Source of the DNA: Patescibacteria group bacterium
GTDB lineage: Bacteria > Patescibacteriota > Patescibacteriia > 2-01-FULL-39-33
Reading direction: 5' to 3'
DNA: 32,000 bases
Assembly: GCA_041649575.1 (NCBI GenBank)
Contig: JBAZMW010000003.1
Coordinates: 60,001-92,000 of the forward strand
This document shows positions 8,936-16,682 of the stretch, one piece after another. Positions within the stretch are counted from its first letter, which is position 1; every line of letters starts with the position of its first letter. Under the pieces are notes generated by a model. The model was not told where the DNA came from, did not search any database, and was given only the letters and a program-made list of their open reading frames with translations. The translations under genes and the position numbers were made by a program.

Positions 8936-9091
8936 TTATTTAGTTTCCTTGTGTGGAGTGTGTTTCTGACAATGCCGGCAGTATTTTTTCATCTCCAATC
9001 GATTTTTGAGCAGCTTTTTGTTTTTTCTAGAAAAATAATTGACGCGTTTGCAGACAGTGCACTCCATTTTAATCATGTTGTCTTGGGACAT
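8936..9091 (-). CDS. rpmG: 50S ribosomal protein L33 (below the ORF-track size cutoff)
   Basis: Minus-strand translation gives [51 protein letters not shown]. It has the L33 CxxC...CxxC zinc ribbon and the C-terminal HKETK signature. The true start may be an internal Met. Confidence 0.85.
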   Translation of the reverse strand: MSQDNMIKMECTVCKRVNYFSRKNKKLLKNRLEMKKYCRHCQKHTPHKETK

Positions 9092-9125
9092 AAAAATATC
9101 TTATTATTTTTTAACTAATTTATTT

Positions 9126-9197
9126 AGCCGGCTCTCGGATTCGAACCGAGGACCTACGGTTTACAAAACCGTTGCTCTACCACTGAGCCAAGCCGGC
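9126..9197 (-). tRNA. tRNA-Thr (anticodon UGU), no encoded CCA
   Basis: Fold: GCCGGCT TG GCTC AGTGGTA GAGC A ACGGT TTTGTAA ACCGT AGGTC CTCGG TTCGAAT CCGAG AGCCGGC T. 72 nt. Confidence 0.9.
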
Positions 9198-9211
9198 GCG
9201 TCAGGCGGGCG

Positions 9212-9248
9212 GGCGAAATCGTTGCTCTGTCAGTTGAACTACGTTGGC
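9212..9248 (-). pseudogene. tRNA-like 5' half (acceptor strand plus D arm) without a matching 3' half
   Basis: Minus strand reads GCCAACGTAGTTCAACTGACAGAGCAACGATTTCGCC. It aligns with the 5' half of the adjacent tRNA-Thr (GCCGGCTTGGCTCAGTGGTAGAGCAACGGTTTTG) and then runs into the G+C-rich tract CGCCCGCCCGCC. I could not find a T arm. Confidence 0.3.
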
Positions 9249-9387
9249 TCTAGACCAACCCTGGCTGACCCGTTAATTTAACTGGTTTATAAATCAAAAT
9301 GCGATTTTATTCTAACATAAAAAACTCGATTTTACAATAATCTTAGCTATTTACAATTTTTATCTAAAATAAGAATGTTTTTAAACC

Positions 9388-9416
9388 TTGACAAAATAAA
9401 AATTAAATTATATAAT
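9388..9416 (+). promoter_or_regulatory. Consensus sigma70-type promoter of G+C-rich cassette 1
   Basis: TTGACA (9388-9393), a 17-nt spacer, then TATAAT (9411-9416). The leader is about 80 nt. A hairpin caggctt-caaaa-aagcctg (9471-9489) abuts the GGAGG Shine-Dalgarno before the ATG at 9505. Confidence 0.6.
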
Positions 9417-9504
9417 AATATATGCTCTTTATAATTTGGATTTTGATAGTCTAATCCGAGGACAATAATTCAGGCTTCAAAAAGCCTGGGGGAGGATAAG
9501 TTAG

Positions 9505-11109
9505 ATGCAAGCAATACTGGAAGCGATCGAAACCGGCCTAGTAAGGGGCTGTGGAATATCCCTGACCGAGGCGATGAGTTCGCCACGATTCGTAAAGCTG
9601 CTGGCGAGGCAAAAGACCCTCTTTGAGCGTTACCCTAAGGACACTCACCGAGGAATCGCCCTAAGAGCCGGACATCTGGTCATGGGCCAGTTACTCAACA
9701 CCATGCCGGAATCGAAAGCTTTAGCCCAAGCTCGACGGATCAAAACACCGAAGTTCGGCTGCGGTATTGAGCTGCGCGCGCTGATCCAATTCTTTGGCGA
9801 AGCGCTAATTGTCGAAGCTGGCAAGTGCCTGCCAGACGAAGTGCTTGAATTGGCCAAGGAGTGGAGAGCGGCCACGGCGGAGAGACAGATTGAAATAGTC
9901 CGAGAACTATTCTTCATCTTTCGGTCGAAGAAACAAGGCGATGACCAAGAGATCATGACCCTCGCTCACGCTGAGCAAGATCTTATCCGTAAGGCCATGG
10001 AAAAGTGGAATCGAGGGTCTGACGCGCGAGATGTTTTACCAAGACTCTATGGCAAGTGGGACAGTAATTGTCCGGCTAACTGTCAGGGTAAGACGCAATT
10101 GCTAGTCGCCTTCGCGCACCTCGCCGGAACCAAGGCAATGGTTGTCAACGCTCTAAGCGACGGAGTACATGAGCTGTGGCGGTTAAGGGGTGAGTTGGCC
10201 GACGCCATCTCTCAAGACATCAGACGGCGCGGCCTAGGCGGAGTCAGCTCGGAATTTGATGACAGCCTGGCTGGTCATCATTTCGCCGAGATTTTCAGGG
10301 AAAAGATTCGGGACTTCCATGTCGGTACGGCTTTGAGGCTAGGCGACGGGCGCTGGATCCTAATCGACCCGCACGCTCTTGCCTGGGGAGTTTTCTCTCC
10401 GCGCTGGCAGATGAACGAAACTCACCGACTGCTCCGAAAATACGCTGAAGTTTTGCCCGGACTGACGTTAACCCGCGATGATGGCGGAGAGGTCACGGAC
10501 AAAATCAAGGCTAGGGCCGAAGTGTCTTACGACTTGATCGAGCGGTCGCGAAAGCTCGAGATTTTGCTTCGCGAACAGGTTCACTCCATGTCAGACTTCA
10601 TCGACATCGTTAAGGACTCAGAAGATTTCGATTTGCTGATGCGCCTCAACGCCGAACATGAAAGAACGACTTTTGTCCCATGGACCGATCCGAAGATAAG
10701 GTTTCTCGGCGTCGCTTCTGTGGTAGCCGGTGGAATGGACAAGCTCCATGACTTTCGGGCCATGATAGACCCAAAGTACCTAGAGCAACAAATAAAGTTG
10801 TGGCTATCATTCTACCACTGCGTGGCGGCCAATCACTTAGCGAACCAACTGGGTGACAATGGCGAGTTGGTCCATCTGGTTTGCGAGTTCAACGCCAGCC
10901 CGGAATACTATTTGGCACTGTCGGCGACCAACAGCATCATCGTGCGAGAAGATGAAGAGTCGGAATCGTTCTTCATTGATTACGGTTTCGACCAGCTCAC
11001 TCTTTATAACACGATGATCCGGCGAAAGGAAGCGGCGGTCGCGGCGGCGGAGGTCGTCAAAACTCTGCCGTTTGTGCATGAGAATATGCGCACCAGATTT
11101 GGAATCTAA
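9505..11109 (+). CDS. Hypothetical 534-aa protein with possible transglutaminase-like / papain-like Cys-His-Asp core
   Basis: Long uninterrupted ORF in G+C-rich DNA with a strong GGAGG RBS. The motifs NCQGKTQLLVAFAHLAG (Cys) and FHVGTALRLGDGRWILIDPH (His...Asp-Pro) have the spacing and hydrophobic pattern of transglutaminase-core domains. The fold assignment is by eye only. Confidence 0.75.
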   Translation: MQAILEAIETGLVRGCGISLTEAMSSPRFVKLLARQKTLFERYPKDTHRGIALRAGHLVMGQLLNTMPESKALAQARRIKTPKFGCGIELRALIQFFGEALIVEAGKCLPDEVLELAKEWRAATAERQIEIVRELFFIFRSKKQGDDQEIMTLAHAEQDLIRKAMEKWNRGSDARDVLPRLYGKWDSNCPANCQGKTQLLVAFAHLAGTKAMVVNALSDGVHELWRLRGELADAISQDIRRRGLGGVSSEFDDSLAGHHFAEIFREKIRDFHVGTALRLGDGRWILIDPHALAWGVFSPRWQMNETHRLLRKYAEVLPGLTLTRDDGGEVTDKIKARAEVSYDLIERSRKLEILLREQVHSMSDFIDIVKDSEDFDLLMRLNAEHERTTFVPWTDPKIRFLGVASVVAGGMDKLHDFRAMIDPKYLEQQIKLWLSFYHCVAANHLANQLGDNGELVHLVCEFNASPEYYLALSATNSIIVREDEESESFFIDYGFDQLTLYNTMIRRKEAAVAAAEVVKTLPFVHENMRTRFGI

Positions 11110-11151
11110 CGGCGGAAAAACAACGAGAGACGAGAGGAGGTGCAGACAGAT

Positions 11152-11442
11152 ATGATAGACACAAGGAGCTTTTCGCGAGAAGCCAAGGAATTGATGCGCC
11201 TGTGCCCTGTAAGTGAACACAGCGGGGAACCCACTGGTACGGACATCTCCACGGTAATTGCCGAACACCCCGAGCTCGTTTCAGGACTCTCCCAATATGT
11301 TTCCTGGGTCCGGGAGGTGGGCATGGCCATTGCGGAAACAACGACAACTCCGGCGATTGGCCACCCGGTTGCCAAGACTGTCCGGAAGGTACAGGCCCAC
11401 GCCAGCGACGGCGACAAACCGAAATCCGAACCCCGCACCTAG
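11152..11442 (+). CDS. Hypothetical small acidic protein (96 aa from the ATG; alternative GTG start at 11140)
   Basis: An ORF directly downstream of the 534-aa gene. AGGAGG lies at 11135-11140. No recognisable domain. The terminator follows. Confidence 0.45.
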   Translation: MIDTRSFSREAKELMRLCPVSEHSGEPTGTDISTVIAEHPELVSGLSQYVSWVREVGMAIAETTTTPAIGHPVAKTVRKVQAHASDGDKPKSEPRT

Positions 11443-11464
11443 TTGCGGGCGTACACAACACACA

Positions 11465-11505
11465 AAGCCCTGTCCGGCAGTAATGGACAGGGCTTCTTAA
11501 TTTTT
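11465..11505. terminator. Bidirectional rho-independent terminator between convergent genes
   Basis: 11-bp perfect stem aagccctgtcc / ggacagggctt with a 9-nt loop, followed by cttaattttt. It lies between the + cassette and the minus-strand AAA+ gene. Confidence 0.75.
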
Positions 11506-11532
11506 AGAAAAACAAATTTGTCAAAAACTAAC

Positions 11533-14295
11533 TTATTCCTTCTCCCCCCTTCTAACATCAACCTTGCCTTTTTCGTCAAAAACAATCACGTCCCGGCGGG
11601 ACAAACGTTTTTGTAAAATATAGTTGGCTAAAACATCATCGACTTTCTCCTGAATCACCCGGCGCAATGGTCGGGCGCCAAAAACCGGGTCGAAGCCGGC
11701 GACGGACAGCTCTTCAATAAAAGAATCCGTGGCCTCCAGACCCAAACCGCGCTCCTCCAAAGTCTTGGCCACCCTAAGCAGCATCAGCCGGGCAATGCTC
11801 TTTACTTCCTCCCTGGTTAAAGGTTTGAAGATAATAATACCGTCAAAACGGTTAAGAAATTCCGGACGAAAATAAGCCAATAATTTATCATTGACCAAAT
11901 CGTCTTTAACCGATTCCACCTCCTTGCCGGCGCGAACCTGCTCTTGAATAAAAGGAGTGCAAGCATTGGAAGTGGCGATAATAATGGTGTTGGTAAAATC
12001 AATCAGCCGGCCGCGGCCATCGGTCAAACGGCCGTCATCCATCACCTGCAAAAAAATATTTAAGATGTTAAGATCGGCTTTTTCTATCTCGTCCAACAAA
12101 ACCAGGGAAAAGGGATTTTTTCTAACCGCTTCGGTCAAATGGCCCGGAGAATCCTCGGTGCCGATCAACCGATTAAGACTGGCCGTCTCCTGGTATTCTG
12201 ACATATCCAGGCGAATCATGTTTTTCTCATTGCCGAAATAAACTTCGGCCACGGCTTTGGCCAGCTCGGTCTTGCCGACACCAGTCGGACCCAAAAACAT
12301 CAGATTGGTAATTGGGCGCTTGGTGCTTCTAAGTTCGGTACGAGCACGGCGCAAAGCGGTGGAGACCATTTTAACCGCTTCGTTCTGGCCAACAATACGC
12401 TCGTGAATACGCGCTTCCAGATTTAATAGTTTTTCGCTTTCTTCCTGGGTGACTTCGGTGGCCGGTATGTTGGTAAGCTGGGAAATTATTTCGGCCACAT
12501 CCTCGCCGGTGACCACCGTCCTCTTGCCTCTGGTTTTGCTGGCCATGGTAGCCGCTTCCTCCAAAACGCTAATCGCTTTGCTGGGCAGAAATTTGTCATG
12601 AATAAAGCGGCTGGACAAATCAACGGCTTTTTCTATAGCTTCGTAGGTCAGAAAAACCCGATTGCTGTATTCGATTATTCCTGATTTTAGTTCCAAAACT
12701 TGAATCGCGCCGTCGCGGCTGACTTCCGGCACCTTAACCAGCTTGAAAACATCGTTTAAAACATTGTTGCCTTCAATGTATCTGCCATAGTCTCCGACCG
12801 TGGCGGTGGTAAAGCACAAAAAGTTGCCATTTAGCAGATATTTGGCGAAAATTTCCGAAAGATCCAGACTCTCTTCTTCGCCGGTGGTGATGCCAATCAA
12901 TTCTCTGATATTCTCCACCACCAAAATGATATTTTTAGCGCGAATAATTTCCTCCATCACTCTGATTAACCGTTCTTGAGCCTTGTCGGGCGTGGTGCCG
13001 CCAATCAAACTGGCGATATTCAAACTCATTAAGCGCTTGTCCTGCATGCTTTGGGGCACCTCCTCGGTCACCATTTTTTGGGCGATGCCCTCTATAATCG
13101 CCGATTTACCCACCCCGGGCTCGCCAACTAAAATGACATTACGCTGGCCGCCGCTCTCAATCGCGCGAAAAATTTCTTCTAGTTCCTTATCGCGGCCAAT
13201 GCAAGGGACAAAATAGCCGTATTTGGCCAAAGTGGTCAAATTCTGGCTGAAATGATCCAAAAATGGCGTGGCCAAAGCCGTCATGGCTCGATCGATATCG
13301 CCCCTGGGCTTAAAACGCGAGGCCGACCTGAAATGCAACCAGTTTTCCATTAAAATCTGCTGGAAACCCTGCCACATGACGACATTATTGATTTTATTCA
13401 AATCGGCTTCAAAATCATACATGATATTAGAGACGGTTTCATCGAGCTGGCAAGCGACATAAAACAAATCTATTACCTCCACTCGATGACGATTTTGTAA
13501 ATAGGCATTTTGATAAGCCCCGAGTAGAATTTTTCTAATCTTTAAAGAAATACCGGTCTTTTGACCGACTGGTAACTTGGCTAAAGCTTTAGCTAGTTTT
13601 TCTTCCAGTAGTTCCCGGCTGATGCCCAGACGACCAATAATCAAGGCGACTTTAGAAAATGACAAGAGCGAGGCCAATAGGTGAACCGGCTCGATCTCAT
13701 GATGTTTTAATTTCCTGGCCAATAAATAAGAACGGTTCACGGCCAGCCAAGCATCGTGGACATAGGAAAAAGAGACGTCGATTTTTCTTTTTTTGTCTAA
13801 TTGTTTGAAAAAAGAAAAATTACCAATCCTTTCACTGGCCAATAAATTGTCATCGGCCGATTGGTATTTTTTTTCTTTGATCTTTTTCTGCCGGTCGGCC
13901 TCGCGGCTCAAACGATAAAAAAGATAGAGGTCGGTTACCAGACTTAGCCAAAAAACAGAAGCCCAAAAACCCTCCAAAAACAACAGATTGGTCTGAGGCG
14001 ACAGCGGGCTAGTTCCCCAAATCAGCCGCAGCTGCCAAATCAGAGAAATAATACCAACAGCTCCAAAAACCCAAAGCAGACTGTTTATAATTATTTTAAA
14101 AATGTTTCGGATCTGATTTTCTAAAACCGCCGAAGAGTTTATGCTTTTGCCCCAAAACAACAAAACGTCGCCCAGCCACAGGCCAAGCGAGCGTCCTTGG
14201 CAGACAGGACACGGCGCTCCGTTTACTTCTCCCCTGCCTTGGCAAGAAGAGCAAAGTAAATAATCCAATTTTTTTTCGTTTGTTTTAGCCGACAT
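11533..14295 (-). CDS. ClpB/ClpC-family double AAA+ ATPase with N-terminal DnaJ-type zinc finger and predicted transmembrane segments
   Basis: 920 aa. N-terminal CSSCQGRG...CPVCQGRS, then hydrophobic helices (LLWVFGAVGIISLIW, FWASVFWLSLVTDLYLF). Clp_N-like repeats follow. Walker A motifs are GEPGVGKSA and GPTGVGKTELAK; Walker B is LLDEIEKA. Confidence 0.9.
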   Translation of the reverse strand: MSAKTNEKKLDYLLCSSCQGRGEVNGAPCPVCQGRSLGLWLGDVLLFWGKSINSSAVLENQIRNIFKIIINSLLWVFGAVGIISLIWQLRLIWGTSPLSPQTNLLFLEGFWASVFWLSLVTDLYLFYRLSREADRQKKIKEKKYQSADDNLLASERIGNFSFFKQLDKKRKIDVSFSYVHDAWLAVNRSYLLARKLKHHEIEPVHLLASLLSFSKVALIIGRLGISRELLEEKLAKALAKLPVGQKTGISLKIRKILLGAYQNAYLQNRHRVEVIDLFYVACQLDETVSNIMYDFEADLNKINNVVMWQGFQQILMENWLHFRSASRFKPRGDIDRAMTALATPFLDHFSQNLTTLAKYGYFVPCIGRDKELEEIFRAIESGGQRNVILVGEPGVGKSAIIEGIAQKMVTEEVPQSMQDKRLMSLNIASLIGGTTPDKAQERLIRVMEEIIRAKNIILVVENIRELIGITTGEEESLDLSEIFAKYLLNGNFLCFTTATVGDYGRYIEGNNVLNDVFKLVKVPEVSRDGAIQVLELKSGIIEYSNRVFLTYEAIEKAVDLSSRFIHDKFLPSKAISVLEEAATMASKTRGKRTVVTGEDVAEIISQLTNIPATEVTQEESEKLLNLEARIHERIVGQNEAVKMVSTALRRARTELRSTKRPITNLMFLGPTGVGKTELAKAVAEVYFGNEKNMIRLDMSEYQETASLNRLIGTEDSPGHLTEAVRKNPFSLVLLDEIEKADLNILNIFLQVMDDGRLTDGRGRLIDFTNTIIIATSNACTPFIQEQVRAGKEVESVKDDLVNDKLLAYFRPEFLNRFDGIIIFKPLTREEVKSIARLMLLRVAKTLEERGLGLEATDSFIEELSVAGFDPVFGARPLRRVIQEKVDDVLANYILQKRLSRRDVIVFDEKGKVDVRRGEKE

Positions 14296-14305
14296 TTAAA
14301 ATAGC

Positions 14306-14671
14306 TTAAAATAATAAAGTTATAAATTTATAGACAACCATCAGAGGCAGGGCTAGCCAGCCCAGAAATAAACAAAAAATTAAAAGCGCCCAAATTGCCA
14401 GCGCCAGGGCGCGAAAAACAATTTGGACCAAACGCATGAAAAAACTGATTAGCCGACCCTGCCAATCGGTTTGGCTGTACATCGGCTGGAAAAGATTGAC
14501 AAGCCAAACGCGGACGCCGATAGTTCTTTCACCGTTTAAAAATTTTTGCCAGAAAAACAGACCGGTTTTTTTGGCGCCGACGGTGTACCACCAAAAAGGG
14601 AAATAAACCGCGTCCAAAAACACCTCCAGAAAAACTGATTTAATTGGGCCTAAAACAATGCCTTTGAGCAT
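14306..14671 (-). CDS. Small integral membrane protein (hypothetical)
   Basis: 121 aa with several hydrophobic helices. It lies 10 nt upstream of the AAA+ gene on the same strand. Confidence 0.6.
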   Translation of the reverse strand: MLKGIVLGPIKSVFLEVFLDAVYFPFWWYTVGAKKTGLFFWQKFLNGERTIGVRVWLVNLFQPMYSQTDWQGRLISFFMRLVQIVFRALALAIWALLIFCLFLGWLALPLMVVYKFITLLF

Positions 14672-14704
14672 ACAGATGGTTATATTATAACATTTTCGAG
14701 AGAA

Positions 14705-15724
14705 TTAAAAAACCCGTTCTAACTTATATAGCCAATAATAATTTAATAATCTCTCACGCACCTTATGACCATTGCCGTGGCTTAACAGCCCTAAATATGA
14801 TTGCAAAGTCGCGTTAGTCGGACTAATCTTAATTCTATTTATGGACTTTCTCTTGGTGGTATTCCGCAATACCCGATGGTCAGTAAAATGAACCCAACCA
14901 AGATAATCAACTCCCGAGGCCATTGTTCTTATGGATATTTTATTGGGATGAAGAGTGAGCTTTAATTCCTTAGACAAAAATTGACCTATTTCTGGTAATA
15001 TTTTTTCTAGATACTCTTTGTCGTCATTGAGAACCATAAAATCATCGGCATAGCGCAAGTAATATTTCACTTTTAATTTATGTTTTACCCATTGATCAAA
15101 ATCATTCATGTAGACATTGGCCAGTAGTTGCGAAGTGAGATTGCCAAGTGGCAGCCCGATATCCTGGCCGTAAATCTTACTATCATAACTCTCAATTACC
15201 TCGTCGAGCAGACTCATAATATCTCGGTCGGGAATATAGCGGGATAAGCTATCCATAAGGATTTTATGATCGATACTGTCAAAAAATTTCCTGATGTCAC
15301 ATTTCAAAACCCAGCAGGTGCGAGAGTGATTTTTGCTTGTTTTGTAGGCCAAAGCACGGAATCTGTTCATCGCTTTATGCATTCCCTTATCATTGCGGCA
15401 AGAGAAAGAATCGGCGATAAAAGTCCTGTCAAAAAAGGGATAAAGAATTCGATAGATAGTATGATGAATCAAGCGGTCGCGGACGCTGGCTTTGTGGATA
15501 TGCCGACGCTTAGGATCGGTTATATAGAAATCAACATAGCCGCCATGACAGTATGTTCGATTGGCCAAATCCTCGTTTAATGATAAAATATTGTCGAGCA
15601 GGTTACGAGAAAATATTTGGACGTCCAGCTTCATTTTTTTGCCAACGATAAATTCTCGCCACGCGGAAAATAAATTTTCTAAATCAATAATCGAATTATA
15701 GTTATGGCTCAGTTGGATTTTCAT
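14705..15724 (-). CDS. Diversity-generating retroelement reverse transcriptase
   Basis: RT motifs include the DGR-typical IGLPLGNLTSQ and the catalytic YADD (YLRYADDFMVL). I prefer the ATG at 15724, preceded by AAAGGA, over the track's TTG start at 15784. Confidence 0.9.
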   Translation of the reverse strand: MKIQLSHNYNSIIDLENLFSAWREFIVGKKMKLDVQIFSRNLLDNILSLNEDLANRTYCHGGYVDFYITDPKRRHIHKASVRDRLIHHTIYRILYPFFDRTFIADSFSCRNDKGMHKAMNRFRALAYKTSKNHSRTCWVLKCDIRKFFDSIDHKILMDSLSRYIPDRDIMSLLDEVIESYDSKIYGQDIGLPLGNLTSQLLANVYMNDFDQWVKHKLKVKYYLRYADDFMVLNDDKEYLEKILPEIGQFLSKELKLTLHPNKISIRTMASGVDYLGWVHFTDHRVLRNTTKRKSINRIKISPTNATLQSYLGLLSHGNGHKVRERLLNYYWLYKLERVF

Positions 15725-16096
15725 AATAATTCCTTTAAGTCCCCCCCCCCAACGGGTTTTGATAATTTTCCAATTTTGACGCAATTAAAGGAAGGGTATA
15801 AATTGTGGCACGGCTTCTTAAATCGCCTGCCTCGCACTACGCGCTATACTCTGGGGACAAAAATCGATAATATCTTTACGGATTTAATTGCCACCGCCTT
15901 AACCGCCAAGTTTGCCAGACAAGATGAAAAAATTATCAGGCTAAAACAAATCAGCGAGGGTCTTGATCATCTCAAATACTTTCTGACGATACTGTGGGAA
16001 ATAAAAGGGATAGACAGTGGCAAACTCTCCGCTTTGGGCAGTCGTCTGGCTGCCGTCGGAAAAATGGTCGGCGGATTACTCAAGTCAATTTCATAA
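15704..16096 (+). CDS. avd: Avd-like four-helix-bundle protein (23S rRNA intervening-sequence protein family), DGR accessory
   Basis: FDNFPILTQLKEGYKLWHGFLNRLPRTTRYTLGTKI...AVGKMVGGLLKS matches the four-helix-bundle/Avd pattern, including the C-terminal GKMxGG motif. ATG 15704 is the only ATG upstream of the first helix. The gene is divergent from the RT, and the two 5' ends overlap. Confidence 0.8.
   Translation: MAQLDFHNNSFKSPPPTGFDNFPILTQLKEGYKLWHGFLNRLPRTTRYTLGTKIDNIFTDLIATALTAKFARQDEKIIRLKQISEGLDHLKYFLTILWEIKGIDSGKLSALGSRLAAVGKMVGGLLKSIS
15741..15750. repeat. C10 (G10 on the minus strand) homopolymer tract
   Basis: Ten consecutive C. They lie inside codons 13-16 (SPPP) of the avd ORF and 17-26 nt upstream of the RT ATG. 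Confidence 0.95.
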
Positions 16097-16140
16097 AAAG
16101 GAAAAGAAGGTCTCAAAAACCTTCTTTTCCTTTTTATTTT
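16097..16140. terminator. Strong bidirectional hairpin terminator after avd, between TR and the RT
   Basis: Perfect 15-bp stem aaaggaaaagaaggt / accttcttttccttt (16097-16133) with loop ctcaaaa. There is a T-run on the + strand and an A/T-rich flank on the other side. Confidence 0.75.
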
Positions 16141-16148
16141 CACATCAT

Positions 16149-16256
16149 CAGGAGCACGAAGCCGATATTGTCGTTGCCATTCTCGTCCCAGTTGTTGCAG
16201 TTGAGCCCGTTGTCGTCGAAGTTGCCAGCAATGAGACGATTGCCGTCGTTCAAGGT
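16149..16256 (-). repeat. DGR template repeat (TR)
   Basis: 108 nt, identical to 16707-16814 except at 21 positions. At 20 of these, this copy has A (minus strand). It contains 7 AAC and 3 AAT codons in the VR reading frame. Confidence 0.85.
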
Positions 16257-16682
16257 CAATCAATAGTTGTGAATATTGTCTTCCAAAACACCGCCCATTG
16301 AGTTCTCTCTGGGCTGAACCGTATTTGGGGTCATGAGCCCACCAACAATAAACACGGGGTGTGAAAAATGTCCTTGGGATAATTTCCTTGCTCTGGCGCG
16401 ATCCTTAGACAACGCCATTCGGAAGAATAAATTACCTTGTTCTGCGGGCTGGCGTCCGTGGAGACCAGCTAAGTTTAACTTCGCAGTAATGGTAATTATA
16501 TCACAATCGAAAATTTTTATGAAGATAGATATCTGCATTAGCTCCTCGGCTCGAAAATTTAAAAGATTACTTTTACATTTCTCTCGCTCTACGTCGCTTA
16601 TAAAAAAGAGAGGCCTCGGTGCGATGACCAAGGTCTCAAGTGTCCAAGTGTCCAACAATCCGAGGCGAGAGCGCCAAGGATC

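Noticed and set aside
9039-9281. An 80-aa + strand ORF.
   Set aside because: It covers tRNA-Thr(UGU) and is antisense to rpmG, so it is spurious.
9505-11109. The idea that the G+C-rich cassettes are G+C-rich because of DGR adenine mutagenesis acting over whole genes.
   Set aside because: Adenines are plentiful on the coding strand of the 534-aa gene. No TR-like copy of these regions is present in the window. Only the 108-nt VR shows the A-specific pattern.
9645-11500. Multiple overlapping ORFs (9645-9956, 10581-10763, 10837-11268, 11057-11461, 11106-11438, 11258-11500, 11281-11463).
   Set aside because: These are antisense or alternative frames of the 534-aa and 96-aa genes. Their composition is Arg/Pro/Ser-rich, typical of off-frame translation of G+C-rich DNA.
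16257-16262. UGA recoding (genetic code 4 or 25) as an explanation for the single TGA between ORF 16260-16658 and the TR frame.
   Set aside because: All long core genes (hsdR at 1024 aa, the AAA+ gene at 920 aa, aspS and others) are intact under the standard code. ORFs in the G+C-rich cassettes end sensibly at TGA. There is no sign of in-frame TGA use.
16612-16665. The inverted repeat gcctcgg...ccgaggc downstream of the VR, considered as a canonical terminator or the DGR target-recognition hairpin.
   Set aside because: It has only a 7-bp stem with a roughly 40-nt loop and no clear internal structure. It is plausible but not strong enough to call as a feature.
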